From TPA_inf: Saccharomyces (Eukaryota), in NCBI GenBank assembly GCA_000146045.2, contig BK006942.2, positions 1 to 64,000 of the forward strand: DNA of 64,000 bases, in the 5' to 3' direction. The notes beneath the pieces were generated by a model. It did no database searches, was not told the DNA's origin, and saw only the letters and a list, made by a program, of their open reading frames with translations. This document shows positions 34,687 through 46,200 of this stretch, piece after piece; positions within the stretch are counted from its first letter, which is position 1; each line of letters begins with the position of its first letter. The position numbers were made by a program, and so were the translations under genes.

Positions 34687-36880
34687 TGTGGTTAACTAGA
34701 GGTAGCCTCGAAAAGTGATTGGCTAACCCTAAGTCATAATATCACCCTTTCTTATTGAAGAGCTTTTATTATTTATATACACTGCCCTTTATGAGTCACG
34801 GAGGCCTGGGCTCCATTTTTTTTACGAAGCAAAAAAGATAGCTCATATTTCGTAAGCATTAGGCCAACTTTACTGATAACCGTTTTCAAATCGCGGTGGG
34901 ATTAATATAATGTGGCGTTCATAGTGAAATGTGGCTCCAAAGTATAAGCGTAAATGCGTTTGCTTATCGAACCGCAAGTAACTTGTAATTTCACCTCTAT
35001 AATTTCGAGCGGTTTTTAAGATACACCATGTTTCAAGTAACCACCTTTCGCCTTTTTCCTCTGTTATCGAACTTCCATCTGTAAAAAGTTCGCTTGCAGA
35101 AGAAAAAAGGCACTACACGGAAGAGGACTGATAATTAATGAAAATCAAGCTATGATCAAACAACTACTGGCTCTAATATATGGTTTCGGCTACATAATCT
35201 AATTGTCATATCTGTTATCTCGACACTCGTCTCTCGATAAACGAGTTCTTCACTGTTGCTAGGTGCAGTGGTCGGCCATAGTTATCCATACAAAATTCCA
35301 ATTTCTTACGCGCATAGCAGTCGATACATGCAAACATCTCGACTATTCTGGCGATAGCAGTACCAACAATCACCAGCACAAATTTTGTCACCTGTGCTTT
35401 GCTAGAGTTACTTCAGTACTAATTAGATTATAATATTTTGCAGCATTTATTGGTATAGAAAGAAAAGCTCGAGCACTACCAACTTTTATCTGATATACCG
35501 AAAAATGCATAAATATCTTCTCTAGTTTGTGCGTTTTCTTGTCGCCCTACCTCACAAAAGAGAAGTACTGATGGCTAATAATTGTTGGATCGATTCATTG
35601 TATCTCTTAAATGTCAACAGAGCATAAGTCAGACTCTTTGCCATTTTTAAAAAGCTGCGAAGGCGAACGTGACTACGGGGTGCGGGTTTTTGTATTGCTA
35701 ATGTAGCATGACAGCTTATCCAATGTTTTGTTGTGTTCATTCAAACTATTTTGAGCCTCACTTCAATTTTGTTTGACTACTAACATGGCAGCATGCGTCG
35801 TTTCTAGGTGCTAGCCAGGCTGTGAGAACGTAAAATTAGCCTATGTTCAACATTCTCTGCTTTTCAATGTCACTGTTCATTTTGTTACTATGAAAGTAGT
35901 TCGTCGCAATTTGTACTTTTCTTCGAAAGTCTTCTTTTGCAGTAGATGAAGTGTGTTCTGAGAAATTGATGCTTTCAAATGGCCTTAAAAAATTTTTGTA
36001 TCATAGCTAACAACATACTGTTGCGCCAGGGGAAGTGAAATCATGGTTGTATATTACAATAGCATTATGTGCATTTACCAAGTATGGAAAAGCGGAAAGT
36101 GTGAAAGAAGTTTATGAAAAAAGCGGAAAATAAAAAAAAAAAGTTTATTTTCCTGTGACTTCTGGGAAGCAGTTAGACCTCCTTCGCTGTATTCTTAGGT
36201 GCTATACCTCATTTCCACGATGGTAATAGACGATCAGTCTATTAATGCGCTAAAGAACGTAGAAAAGTTATTAACTGAAGAAGCTTTGCTAATGCCGTCG
36301 CACATTAAACGGCTAGACATTGCCTTGAATAGGAAGCCGAATAATCTACGAAATATCATGGAGCTTCAGGGCCTTGCATATACTATAGTAAAAAAAAAAC
36401 TAAGTTTTCCCCTGTAGTAAACAGGGAGATACCGTACGGAGGTCTGAATTCCCTACAGAAGTAGCTGTAAAAATTCAGAATTCGCAACAACCTATAATTG
36501 AGTTAAGTGCCTTTCCAAGCTAAAAAGTTTGAGGTTATAGGGGCTTAGCATCCACACGTCACAATCTCGGGTATCGAGTATAGTATGTAGAATTACGGCA
36601 GGAGGTTTCCCAATGAACAAAGGACAGGGGCACGGTGAGCTGTCGAAGGTATCCATTTTATCATGTTTCGTTTGTACAAGCACGACATACTAAGACATTT
36701 ACCGTATGGGAGTTGTTGTCCTAGCGTAGTTCTCGCTCCCCCAGCAAAGCTCAAAAAAGTACGTCATTTAGAATAGTTTGTGAGCAAATTACCAGTCGGT
36801 ATGCTACGTTAGAAAGGCCCACAGTATTCTTCTACCAAAGGCGTGCCTTTGTTGAACTCGATCCATTATGAGGGCTTCCA

Positions 36881-36954
36881 TTATTCCCCGCATTTTTATT
36901 ACTCTGAACAGGAATAAAAAGAAAAAACCCAGTTTAGGAAATTATCCGGGGGCG
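36881..36954. promoter_or_regulatory. Two Mig1 glucose-repression sites (AT-rich + GC box) in the SUC2 upstream region
   Basis: ttattCCCCGCatttttatt (36881-36898, GCGGGG on the - strand) and aaattatCCGGGGGcg (36939-36954), about 497 and 436 bp upstream of the SUC2 ATG; consistent with the two established SUC2 Mig1 sites. Confidence 0.65.
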
Positions 36955-37251
36955 AAGAAATACGCGTAGCGTTAATCGACCCCACGTCCAGGGTTTTTCC
37001 ATGGAGGTTTCTGGAAAAACTGACGAGGAATGTGATTATAAATCCCTTTATGTGATGTCTAAGACTTTTAAGGTACGCCCGATGTTTGCCTATTACCATC
37101 ATAGAGACGTTTCTTTTCGAGGAATGCTTAAACGACTTTGTTTGACAAAAATGTTGCCTAAGGGCTCTATAGTAAACCATTTGGAAGAAAGATTTGACGA
37201 CTTTTTTTTTTTGGATTTCGATCCTATAATCCTTCCTCCTGAAAAGAAACA

Positions 37252-37259
37252 TATAAATA
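37252..37259 (+). promoter_or_regulatory. SUC2 TATA box (TATAAATA)
   Basis: TATAAATA about 126 bp upstream of the SUC2 ATG at 37385. Confidence 0.5.
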
Positions 37260-37384
37260 GATATGTATTATTCTTCAAAACATTCTCTTGTTCTTGTGCT
37301 TTTTTTTTACCATATATCTTACTTTTTTTTTTCTCTCAGAGAAACAAGCAAAACAAAAAGCTTTTCTTTTCACTAACGTATATG

Positions 37385-38983
37385 ATGCTTTTGCAAGCTT
37401 TCCTTTTCCTTTTGGCTGGTTTTGCAGCCAAAATATCTGCATCAATGACAAACGAAACTAGCGATAGACCTTTGGTCCACTTCACACCCAACAAGGGCTG
37501 GATGAATGACCCAAATGGGTTGTGGTACGATGAAAAAGATGCCAAATGGCATCTGTACTTTCAATACAACCCAAATGACACCGTATGGGGTACGCCATTG
37601 TTTTGGGGCCATGCTACTTCCGATGATTTGACTAATTGGGAAGATCAACCCATTGCTATCGCTCCCAAGCGTAACGATTCAGGTGCTTTCTCTGGCTCCA
37701 TGGTGGTTGATTACAACAACACGAGTGGGTTTTTCAATGATACTATTGATCCAAGACAAAGATGCGTTGCGATTTGGACTTATAACACTCCTGAAAGTGA
37801 AGAGCAATACATTAGCTATTCTCTTGATGGTGGTTACACTTTTACTGAATACCAAAAGAACCCTGTTTTAGCTGCCAACTCCACTCAATTCAGAGATCCA
37901 AAGGTGTTCTGGTATGAACCTTCTCAAAAATGGATTATGACGGCTGCCAAATCACAAGACTACAAAATTGAAATTTACTCCTCTGATGACTTGAAGTCCT
38001 GGAAGCTAGAATCTGCATTTGCCAATGAAGGTTTCTTAGGCTACCAATACGAATGTCCAGGTTTGATTGAAGTCCCAACTGAGCAAGATCCTTCCAAATC
38101 TTATTGGGTCATGTTTATTTCTATCAACCCAGGTGCACCTGCTGGCGGTTCCTTCAACCAATATTTTGTTGGATCCTTCAATGGTACTCATTTTGAAGCG
38201 TTTGACAATCAATCTAGAGTGGTAGATTTTGGTAAGGACTACTATGCCTTGCAAACTTTCTTCAACACTGACCCAACCTACGGTTCAGCATTAGGTATTG
38301 CCTGGGCTTCAAACTGGGAGTACAGTGCCTTTGTCCCAACTAACCCATGGAGATCATCCATGTCTTTGGTCCGCAAGTTTTCTTTGAACACTGAATATCA
38401 AGCTAATCCAGAGACTGAATTGATCAATTTGAAAGCCGAACCAATATTGAACATTAGTAATGCTGGTCCCTGGTCTCGTTTTGCTACTAACACAACTCTA
38501 ACTAAGGCCAATTCTTACAATGTCGATTTGAGCAACTCGACTGGTACCCTAGAGTTTGAGTTGGTTTACGCTGTTAACACCACACAAACCATATCCAAAT
38601 CCGTCTTTGCCGACTTATCACTTTGGTTCAAGGGTTTAGAAGATCCTGAAGAATATTTGAGAATGGGTTTTGAAGTCAGTGCTTCTTCCTTCTTTTTGGA
38701 CCGTGGTAACTCTAAGGTCAAGTTTGTCAAGGAGAACCCATATTTCACAAACAGAATGTCTGTCAACAACCAACCATTCAAGTCTGAGAACGACCTAAGT
38801 TACTATAAAGTGTACGGCCTACTGGATCAAAACATCTTGGAATTGTACTTCAACGATGGAGATGTGGTTTCTACAAATACCTACTTCATGACCACCGGTA
38901 ACGCTCTAGGATCTGTGAACATGACCACTGGTGTCGATAATTTGTTCTACATTGACAAGTTCCAAGTAAGGGAAGTAAAATAG
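37385..38983 (+). CDS. SUC2: Invertase (beta-fructofuranosidase, GH32), 532 aa; secreted form from the ATG at 37385, intracellular form from the internal ATG at 37445
   Basis: [20 protein letters not shown]|[32 protein letters not shown]... with GH32 motifs (NDPNG, RDP, EC). The track ORF begins at 37001 but the first 128 codons are a non-coding in-frame extension through the promoter (the TATA lies inside it). Confidence 0.92.
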   Translation: MLLQAFLFLLAGFAAKISASMTNETSDRPLVHFTPNKGWMNDPNGLWYDEKDAKWHLYFQYNPNDTVWGTPLFWGHATSDDLTNWEDQPIAIAPKRNDSGAFSGSMVVDYNNTSGFFNDTIDPRQRCVAIWTYNTPESEEQYISYSLDGGYTFTEYQKNPVLAANSTQFRDPKVFWYEPSQKWIMTAAKSQDYKIEIYSSDDLKSWKLESAFANEGFLGYQYECPGLIEVPTEQDPSKSYWVMFISINPGAPAGGSFNQYFVGSFNGTHFEAFDNQSRVVDFGKDYYALQTFFNTDPTYGSALGIAWASNWEYSAFVPTNPWRSSMSLVRKFSLNTEYQANPETELINLKAEPILNISNAGPWSRFATNTTLTKANSYNVDLSNSTGTLEFELVYAVNTTQTISKSVFADLSLWFKGLEDPEEYLRMGFEVSASSFFLDRGNSKVKFVKENPYFTNRMSVNNQPFKSENDLSYYKVYGLLDQNILELYFNDGDVVSTNTYFMTTGNALGSVNMTTGVDNLFYIDKFQVREVK

Positions 38984-39432
38984 AGGTTATAAAACTTATT
39001 GTCTTTTTTATTTTTTTCAAAAGCCATTCTAAAGGGCTTTAGCTAACGAGTGACGAATGTAAAACTTTATGATTTCAAAGAATACCTCCAAACCATTGAA
39101 AATGTATTTTTATTTTTATTTTCTCCCGACCCCAGTTACCTGGAATTTGTTCTTTATGTACTTTATATAAGTATAATTCTCTTAAAAATTTTTACTACTT
39201 TGCAATAGACATCATTTTTTCACGTAATAAACCCACAATCGTAATGTAGTTGCCTTACACTACTAGGATGGACCTTTTTGCCTTTATCTGTTTTGTTACT
39301 GACACAATGAAACCGGGTAAAGTATTAGTTATGTGAAAATTTAAAAGCATTAAGTAGAAGTATACCATATTGTAAAAAAAAAAAGCGTTGTCTTCTACGT
39401 AAAAGTGTTCTCAAAAAGAAGTAGTGAGGGAA

Positions 39433-40140
39433 ATGGATACCAAGCTATCTGTAACAGGAGCTAAAAAATCTCAGGGAAAAGCTTCTGGTTTGGGAAACGA
39501 AGGAACTCCAATCGGGAATGAGGAGAGCACAAATAAAGCTAAAAATGGAAATAAAAAGCGGAATAAAAATCGAAACAGAAATAAGAAGACAGAGACAAAG
39601 GAACAAAATGAACCTAAACCTGTGACTGGAGGGGAAGAAGTGAGAGTCGAGAAATCTCAAGCGAAAAACAGAAGGCGGAAAAACAATAATGGAGCTAATA
39701 AAAAGAATACCCTACACTACTCAAAGGAAATTAATGTAGAAGAGCGAAAACAAATCGCAAAAAGGCAAGAAGAAATCGAACAATGCATTCACACCTTATC
39801 CGATTTTAAACTGTTTAAAAAGGGTAAGCACGTTACCTCATATGGCTATCGAATCTCCCCCATGACAGACTCCGGTAAGATTTCTTTGAAAATTTTATTC
39901 AACATACCTTTGGATTATCCAAAGGCCCCAATAAAACTAACGATGAAAAGTAATGAAGAAGTTTCCTCTTACATGGACACCGTGATAGCGAATTTCAACT
40001 GGAAAGCCCGTCAATTGGTTAAGGAGGACTGGAGGATATTATCTCAAATAAACTATTTGGTTAGTGAGTTAGAAATATTGAAAATGGAAAATTATAAACA
40101 AATTGATAAACTACGTAATAGCTTTTACAAAACCATATAA
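39433..40140 (+). CDS. YIL161W: Uncharacterised protein, 235 aa, Lys/Asn/Arg-rich N-terminal half
   Basis: ORF 39424..40140; the track start is GTG and the first ATG is at 39433 (MDTKLSVTGAKKSQGK...). Basic low-complexity N-terminal half, likely nuclear or nucleolar. Confidence 0.65.
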   Translation: MDTKLSVTGAKKSQGKASGLGNEGTPIGNEESTNKAKNGNKKRNKNRNRNKKTETKEQNEPKPVTGGEEVRVEKSQAKNRRRKNNNGANKKNTLHYSKEINVEERKQIAKRQEEIEQCIHTLSDFKLFKKGKHVTSYGYRISPMTDSGKISLKILFNIPLDYPKAPIKLTMKSNEEVSSYMDTVIANFNWKARQLVKEDWRILSQINYLVSELEILKMENYKQIDKLRNSFYKTI

Positions 40141-40190
40141 ATATGAGCATAATAAAAAGGGAGAATATTAACTATTATCAAGTATTAAAA

Positions 40191-41444
40191 CTATTCTTTA
40201 ATAAAGATGGCGGCGGCACCCATACCAGTACCGATACACATACTAACAACCCCGATTTGATCCTTTTTCAGTTCTCTTAGTATGGTAGCTACTTGCCTTG
40301 CGCCAGTACAACCCAAGGGATGGCCTAACGCGATTGCACCACCTCTTGGATTTACTTTATTCAAATCGATGCCCAGTTTATGGATGCAGTATAATGCTTG
40401 GGCCGCGAATGCTTCATTTATTTCAAAAATATCGATATCTTGGACTTGCAAGCCAGTAGCTTCCAGGACTTTTGGTATGGCGTATGCAGGGCCCACACCC
40501 ATGATTTCAGGGGGAACCCCCACTGTTTGAAAATCGATGTAGCGACCTAGCACAGGCAGATTTAACTGGTTGGCTACGGACCTGCGGGCTAACAAGACAC
40601 CTGCCACACCATCGGAGACCTGGGATGCATTGCCCGCAGTTGTGGTTCCTCTGTCTTTGATAAAGGCAGGCCTGATGCTTGAAAGCGACTCCGCAGTGAC
40701 GTTAGGGCGTGGCCCTTCGTCCGACTGGCAAATTGAGCCATCTGGTAATTTTATAGGTAAAATTTCATCTTCGAAAAGCCCCTCATTTTTCGCCTTGTAA
40801 GCTTTTTGATATGAATTCGCAGCGAACTCGTCTTGATCCTTTCTACTGATCTTGAAATTAGCGGCAACATTCTCATTAGTAATGCCCATTGGTATTAGAC
40901 ATTTCTTCGCTTCTCGGTTTTTTTGCAGCTCTTCAGAGGAGATCATGCCCAAGGGATTGACGTTTTTGTAGTTATTGGTCATTGATTCCACTCCCAGCGC
41001 CAAACCAATATCAATTTGCCCAACCTTAATCTTGTTGGCAATATCGTTCACCGCCGTTAAACCTGAAGAACATTGTCTGTTTAAAGCGACAAATGGCGTC
41101 GAGTAGGGAATCCCACTTGCCAAGCATGCAGCCCTGTGTTCTGTAGCACCGGCTCCAACATTGAGAACATTTCCACAGGCAACTTCTTCGATTAAGTTCA
41201 AATCAGCCCTCAAAGGTTCCGGAAACCTCCCGATGAACTCATTGAGAAAGTTGTATAATAAGTAGTCTGTGTTTACATCTTTGAAGGCACCTTTAAAACC
41301 TTTACCGATGGCAGACCTGTTAGCAGCCACAATAACTACATCTTCGGGTCTTTTCTCCAGCAACGAGTTCTTCCTCTTCGATTCACCCTTACCCATGGCG
41401 CTCTCCACCAAATGATCCTTGATACTTTGTAGTCTTTGAGACAT
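40191..41444 (-). CDS. POT1: Peroxisomal 3-ketoacyl-CoA thiolase, 417 aa, with N-terminal PTS2
   Basis: MSQRLQSIKDHLVES... (PTS2 nonapeptide RLQSIKDHL), thiolase active-site regions (NRQCSSGL, GHPLGCTG). Confidence 0.9.
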   Translation of the reverse strand: MSQRLQSIKDHLVESAMGKGESKRKNSLLEKRPEDVVIVAANRSAIGKGFKGAFKDVNTDYLLYNFLNEFIGRFPEPLRADLNLIEEVACGNVLNVGAGATEHRAACLASGIPYSTPFVALNRQCSSGLTAVNDIANKIKVGQIDIGLALGVESMTNNYKNVNPLGMISSEELQKNREAKKCLIPMGITNENVAANFKISRKDQDEFAANSYQKAYKAKNEGLFEDEILPIKLPDGSICQSDEGPRPNVTAESLSSIRPAFIKDRGTTTAGNASQVSDGVAGVLLARRSVANQLNLPVLGRYIDFQTVGVPPEIMGVGPAYAIPKVLEATGLQVQDIDIFEINEAFAAQALYCIHKLGIDLNKVNPRGGAIALGHPLGCTGARQVATILRELKKDQIGVVSMCIGTGMGAAAIFIKE

Positions 41445-41609
41445 TGCTTTTATGTAGTGTTATATTCACTCTGTACTCAGAGCCACAAGAAATAACCATT
41501 CGATTTCAATAGAACTGAGATGCAAAAGTATACCCTATTTATATCTCTTCTTTCTAGTAAAACTCCAATAAATTTGAAACCAATAGAGGGAGAAAGGAAA
41601 AAAAAGCTG

Positions 41610-41632
41610 CGGTGTTAATACTATTATCCCCG
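41610..41632. promoter_or_regulatory. Oleate response element (Oaf1/Pip2 site) in the POT1-BNR1 divergent promoter
   Basis: CGGtgtTaA-tactattatcc-CCG fits CGGN3TNAN9-12CCG; about 170-190 bp upstream of the POT1 ATG. Confidence 0.55.
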
Positions 41633-41824
41633 TTTCCCTTTGATAGCGCCTTACACGGCGCTACCACATCATTACCCTCCTCATGTTGACGCGTCAAGTT
41701 TTTTTTCTTTTTTCGCTATTTGTGGCATAGGTTCAAAACTAGCAAATTCTTGATCTTTTGAAGATTACATAGTGATGATGATCGTGACACAAAAGCAGAT
41801 AAAAAAATAGCACAATCATCAGCG

Positions 41825-44800
41825 ATGGACTCTTCCCCGAACAAGAAGACGTACCGCTACCCTCGCAGATCGCTGTCACTTCACGCGCGTGATAGGGTCA
41901 GCGAAGCCCGTAAATTGGAAGAATTGAATTTGAACGATGGGCTGGTTGCCGCTGGCTTGCAGTTGGTCGGTGTAGCGTTAGAGAAACAAGGTACAGGATC
42001 ACATATATACATGAAACAGAAGAATTTCTCAGCTAATGACGTTTCTTCGTCACCAATGGTTTCCGAAGAAGTGAACGGATCGGAAATGGATTTTAATCCG
42101 AAGTGCATGCCTCAGGACGCATCACTCGTCGAAAGAATGTTTGATGAGCTTTTAAAAGATGGAACTTTTTTTTGGGGGGCTGCTTATAAGAATTTACAAA
42201 ACATCTCTCTACGAAGGAAATGGTTATTGATATGTAAAATCCGTAGTTCCAATCATTGGGGGAAAAAGAAAGTGACTTCGAGCACGACATACTCTACACA
42301 TTTGGCCACTAATGAACTAGCTGAAAACGCACACTTTTTGGATGGCCTAGTTAGAAACCTTTCAACAGGTGGCATGAAGTTATCGAAGGCTCTATATAAA
42401 CTAGAAAAATTCCTGCGAAAGCAAAGCTTTTTGCAACTTTTTCTCAAGGATGAAATTTACTTGACGACATTGATCGAAAAGACTTTGCCACTCATATCCA
42501 AGGAATTACAATTTGTTTATCTTCGGTGCTTTAAAATACTGATGAACAACCCACTGGCGAGAATAAGAGCACTACATTCTGAGCCTTTAATTCGCTGGTT
42601 CACCGAGCTTCTGACGGATCAAAATTCTAATTTGAAATGTCAGTTACTTTCTATGGAGTTACTTTTATTATTAACGTATGTTGAGGGTTCCACGGGTTGT
42701 GAGTTGATATGGGACCAGCTTTCCATATTATTCACCGATTGGCTAGAATGGTTTGACAAAATCCTTGCGGATGATATTGCAATTCATTCATCCCTTTATT
42801 TGAACTGGAACCAATTAAAAATAGACTATTCGACAACTTTCCTACTGCTAATAAACTCCATACTGCAAGGTTTCAACAACAAGACTGCACTAGAAATTTT
42901 GAATTTTTTGAAAAAGAATAATATACATAACACTATCACATTTTTAGAACTGGCCTATAAAGATGATCCTAATAGTGTCGTGATCATGGAACAAATAAAA
43001 CAATTCAAATCCAAAGAATCTGCGATATTTGACTCGATGATAAAAACTACCAACGATACGAATTCGCTTCACCCAACAAAAGATATCGCAAGAATAGAAA
43101 GCGAGCCTCTATGTCTTGAAAATTGCCTGTTATTGAAGGCAAAAGATAGTCCCGTAGAGGCACCAATAAACGAGATTATTCAATCGCTGTGGAAAATCTT
43201 AGACTCTCAAAAACCATACTCAGAATCTATTAAACTATTAAAATTGATAAATTCTTTGCTGTTTTATCTCATAGATTCCTTTCAAGTGTCAACGAATCCT
43301 TCTTTTGATGAAACCTTGGAGTCCGCAGAAAATGTGGATTATGTTTTTCAAGATTCTGTTAATAAATTGTTGGATTCTCTACAATCTGATGAAATTGCTA
43401 GAAGAGCGGTCACAGAAATTGATGATCTTAATGCTAAGATTTCTCATTTGAATGAAAAATTAAATTTAGTAGAAAATCATGATAAAGATCATTTAATAGC
43501 AAAACTAGATGAAAGTGAATCTTTGATATCTCTGAAAACCAAGGAAATTGAAAATCTGAAACTGCAGTTGAAGGCAACCAAGAAAAGACTAGACCAAATT
43601 ACCACGCATCAAAGGTTATATGACCAGCCACCTTCATTGGCAAGTAGCAACTTGAGTATTGCCGGCTCGATAATAAAAAATAATAGTCATGGAAATATCA
43701 TTTTCCAAAATTTAGCAAAAAAGCAACAGCAGCAGCAAAAAATTTCTCTGCCCAAGCGTTCAACTAGTCTACTAAAAAGTAAAAGAGTTACGTCCCTTTC
43801 ATCATATTTAACTGATGCAAATAACGAAAATGAGTCCCAAAATGAATCCGAAGATAAATCAAAAGACTCATTATTTCAAAGATCTACGTCAACCATTAAT
43901 TTTAATATCCCTTCTATGAAAAATATTACTAATATGCAAAATGTCTCTCTAAATTCGATACTTTCAGAGTTGGAATTTTCAAATAGCCTAGGAACACAAC
44001 CTAATTACCAATCGTCTCCCGTGTTGTCTTCGGTTTCTTCTTCACCAAAACTTTTCCCTCGACTTTCCTCAGATAGTCTTGATAATGGAATCCAACTAGT
44101 ACCTGAAGTTGTTAAACTACCTCAACTTCCACCGCCCCCTCCTCCACCTCCCCCTCCTCCACTTCCACAGTCTCTTTTGACTGAAGCAGAAGCTAAACCG
44201 GATGGTGTTTCCTGTATTGCAGCACCTGCACCGCCACCCCTTCCAGATCTATTTAAAACTAAAACTTGTGGCGCCGTTCCACCACCACCACCGCCACCGC
44301 CTTTACCCGAGTCCTTGTCGATGAACAAAGGCCCCTCCAATCACGATTTAGTTACTCCTCCAGCTCCACCTTTACCAAATGGTCTTCTTTCTTCCTCCTC
44401 AGTGTCTATCAATCCAACGACAACCGATTTAAAACCACCTCCAACTGAAAAGCGATTGAAGCAAATCCACTGGGATAAGGTGGAGGATATCAAAGACACA
44501 CTTTGGGAAGACACGTTTCAACGCCAAGAAACAATCAAAGAATTACAAACTGATGGTATATTCTCTCAGATTGAAGATATTTTTAAGATGAAAAGTCCGA
44601 CTAAGATTGCAAATAAAAGGAACGCAGAATCCTCAATTGCCTTGTCTTCAAACAATGGCAAGTCTTCCAATGAGCTGAAGAAAATTTCATTCTTATCAAG
44701 AGATTTGGCTCAGCAATTTGGTATTAATTTACACATGTTTTCCCAATTATCTGATATGGAATTTGTTATGAAAGTATTGAACTGTGATAACGACATTGTC

Positions 44801-45952
44801 CAAAATGTTAACATACTGAAATTTTTTTGTAAAGAAGAGTTAGTAAATATACCAAAAAGTATGCTTAATAAGTACGAGCCATATTCACAGGGTAAGGATG
44901 GTAAAGCAGTAAGTGACTTACAAAGAGCTGACAGAATATTTTTGGAGTTGTGTATCAATTTAAGATTTTATTGGAATGCAAGATCAAAGAGTCTGCTGAC
45001 ATTGTCAACATACGAGAGAGATTATTACGATTTGATTTTCAAGTTACAAAAAATTGATGATGCAATTTCACACTTAAATCGTTCACCTAAATTTAAAAGT
45101 TTGATGTTTATTATCACGGAAATAGGCAATCATATGAATAAAAGAATTGTTAAGGGTATCAAATTGAAGTCATTGACTAAACTTGCCTTTGTCAGATCCA
45201 GTATTGATCAAAATGTATCATTTTTGCATTTTATTGAAAAAGTCATAAGAATAAAATATCCTGATATATACGGTTTTGTGGATGATTTGAAGAACATTGA
45301 AGATTTAGGTAAAATCTCACTAGAACACGTTGAATCAGAGTGTCATGAATTTCATAAAAAAATTGAGGATTTAGTTACTCAGTTTCAAGTAGGAAAGCTA
45401 TCCAAAGAGGAGAACTTAGACCCCAGAGATCAAATTATTAAAAAGGTCAAGTTTAAGATTAATCGGGCCAAAACAAAAAGTGAATTATTGATTGGTCAAT
45501 GTAAATTAACTTTAATAGATTTGAATAAACTGATGAAATATTACGGTGAAGATCCCAAAGATAAAGAGAGTAAAAACGAATTTTTCCAACCCTTTATTGA
45601 ATTTTTAGCCATGTTTAAGAAATGTGCCAAGGAAAACATTGAAAAGGAGGAAATGGAAAGAGTGTACGAACAAAGGAAGAGCTTGTTAGATATGAGGACA
45701 AGCAGTAATAAGAAAAGCAATGGAAGTGATGAAAACGATGGTGAAAAAGTAAACAGGGATGCTGTTGATCTACTCATATCTAAATTACGCGAAGTAAAGA
45801 AGGATCCAGAACCTCTAAGAAGAAGAAAGAGTACAAAACTCAATGAAATAGCCATTAACGTACATGAAGGAGATGTAAAAACGAGAAAGGATGAAGATCA
45901 CGTTTTACTAGAGAGAACGCATGCTATGCTGAACGATATTCAAAATATATAG
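41825..45952 (+). CDS. BNR1: Formin (GBD/FH3, polyproline FH1, FH2), 1375 aa
   Basis: Long ORF with a proline-rich FH1 (PQLPPPPPPPPPPPLP...VPPPPPPPPLP, nt about 44120-44370) followed by an FH2 domain. Confidence 0.9.
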   Translation: MDSSPNKKTYRYPRRSLSLHARDRVSEARKLEELNLNDGLVAAGLQLVGVALEKQGTGSHIYMKQKNFSANDVSSSPMVSEEVNGSEMDFNPKCMPQDASLVERMFDELLKDGTFFWGAAYKNLQNISLRRKWLLICKIRSSNHWGKKKVTSSTTYSTHLATNELAENAHFLDGLVRNLSTGGMKLSKALYKLEKFLRKQSFLQLFLKDEIYLTTLIEKTLPLISKELQFVYLRCFKILMNNPLARIRALHSEPLIRWFTELLTDQNSNLKCQLLSMELLLLLTYVEGSTGCELIWDQLSILFTDWLEWFDKILADDIAIHSSLYLNWNQLKIDYSTTFLLLINSILQGFNNKTALEILNFLKKNNIHNTITFLELAYKDDPNSVVIMEQIKQFKSKESAIFDSMIKTTNDTNSLHPTKDIARIESEPLCLENCLLLKAKDSPVEAPINEIIQSLWKILDSQKPYSESIKLLKLINSLLFYLIDSFQVSTNPSFDETLESAENVDYVFQDSVNKLLDSLQSDEIARRAVTEIDDLNAKISHLNEKLNLVENHDKDHLIAKLDESESLISLKTKEIENLKLQLKATKKRLDQITTHQRLYDQPPSLASSNLSIAGSIIKNNSHGNIIFQNLAKKQQQQQKISLPKRSTSLLKSKRVTSLSSYLTDANNENESQNESEDKSKDSLFQRSTSTINFNIPSMKNITNMQNVSLNSILSELEFSNSLGTQPNYQSSPVLSSVSSSPKLFPRLSSDSLDNGIQLVPEVVKLPQLPPPPPPPPPPPLPQSLLTEAEAKPDGVSCIAAPAPPPLPDLFKTKTCGAVPPPPPPPPLPESLSMNKGPSNHDLVTPPAPPLPNGLLSSSSVSINPTTTDLKPPPTEKRLKQIHWDKVEDIKDTLWEDTFQRQETIKELQTDGIFSQIEDIFKMKSPTKIANKRNAESSIALSSNNGKSSNELKKISFLSRDLAQQFGINLHMFSQLSDMEFVMKVLNCDNDIVQNVNILKFFCKEELVNIPKSMLNKYEPYSQGKDGKAVSDLQRADRIFLELCINLRFYWNARSKSLLTLSTYERDYYDLIFKLQKIDDAISHLNRSPKFKSLMFIITEIGNHMNKRIVKGIKLKSLTKLAFVRSSIDQNVSFLHFIEKVIRIKYPDIYGFVDDLKNIEDLGKISLEHVESECHEFHKKIEDLVTQFQVGKLSKEENLDPRDQIIKKVKFKINRAKTKSELLIGQCKLTLIDLNKLMKYYGEDPKDKESKNEFFQPFIEFLAMFKKCAKENIEKEEMERVYEQRKSLLDMRTSSNKKSNGSDENDGEKVNRDAVDLLISKLREVKKDPEPLRRRKSTKLNEIAINVHEGDVKTRKDEDHVLLERTHAMLNDIQNI

Positions 45953-46200
45953 TGAAGACTTAGTATTTTATGTAGTTGTGGAGCTTATATAAAGAAATGG
46001 ACAATATTCGCAATCGCTTCTCAAAAGGGAAATATTTTCCCTTTTCGGGCGGTGGTCGTGTTGACAAATTTCCTAGTTAAGAACTAAGATTTGGAGATGG
46101 ACAGATTCATTAATAAATTTCAAAATAAGCACAGAAAGCATCGAATTTTTAGCTCAAAACAATCTACTTTTCAATCATCAAAACAGACTATTGAATAAAG

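Noticed and set aside
36440-36480. Short inverted repeat tctgaattc ... gaattcaga around two gaattc hexamers
   Set aside because: Only about 9 bp arms; expected by chance in 64 kb and no associated feature
36899-37252. 117-aa - strand ORF overlapping the SUC2 promoter (corresponds to a small annotated ORF of unknown function)
   Set aside because: It overlaps the SUC2 UAS/Mig1/TATA region on the opposite strand, with no domain or compositional signal. I cannot support it as coding from sequence alone.
37001-37384. 128-codon N-terminal extension of the SUC2 ORF in the track
   Set aside because: It contains the SUC2 TATA box and runs through the promoter; invertase starts at the MLLQAF signal peptide (37385)
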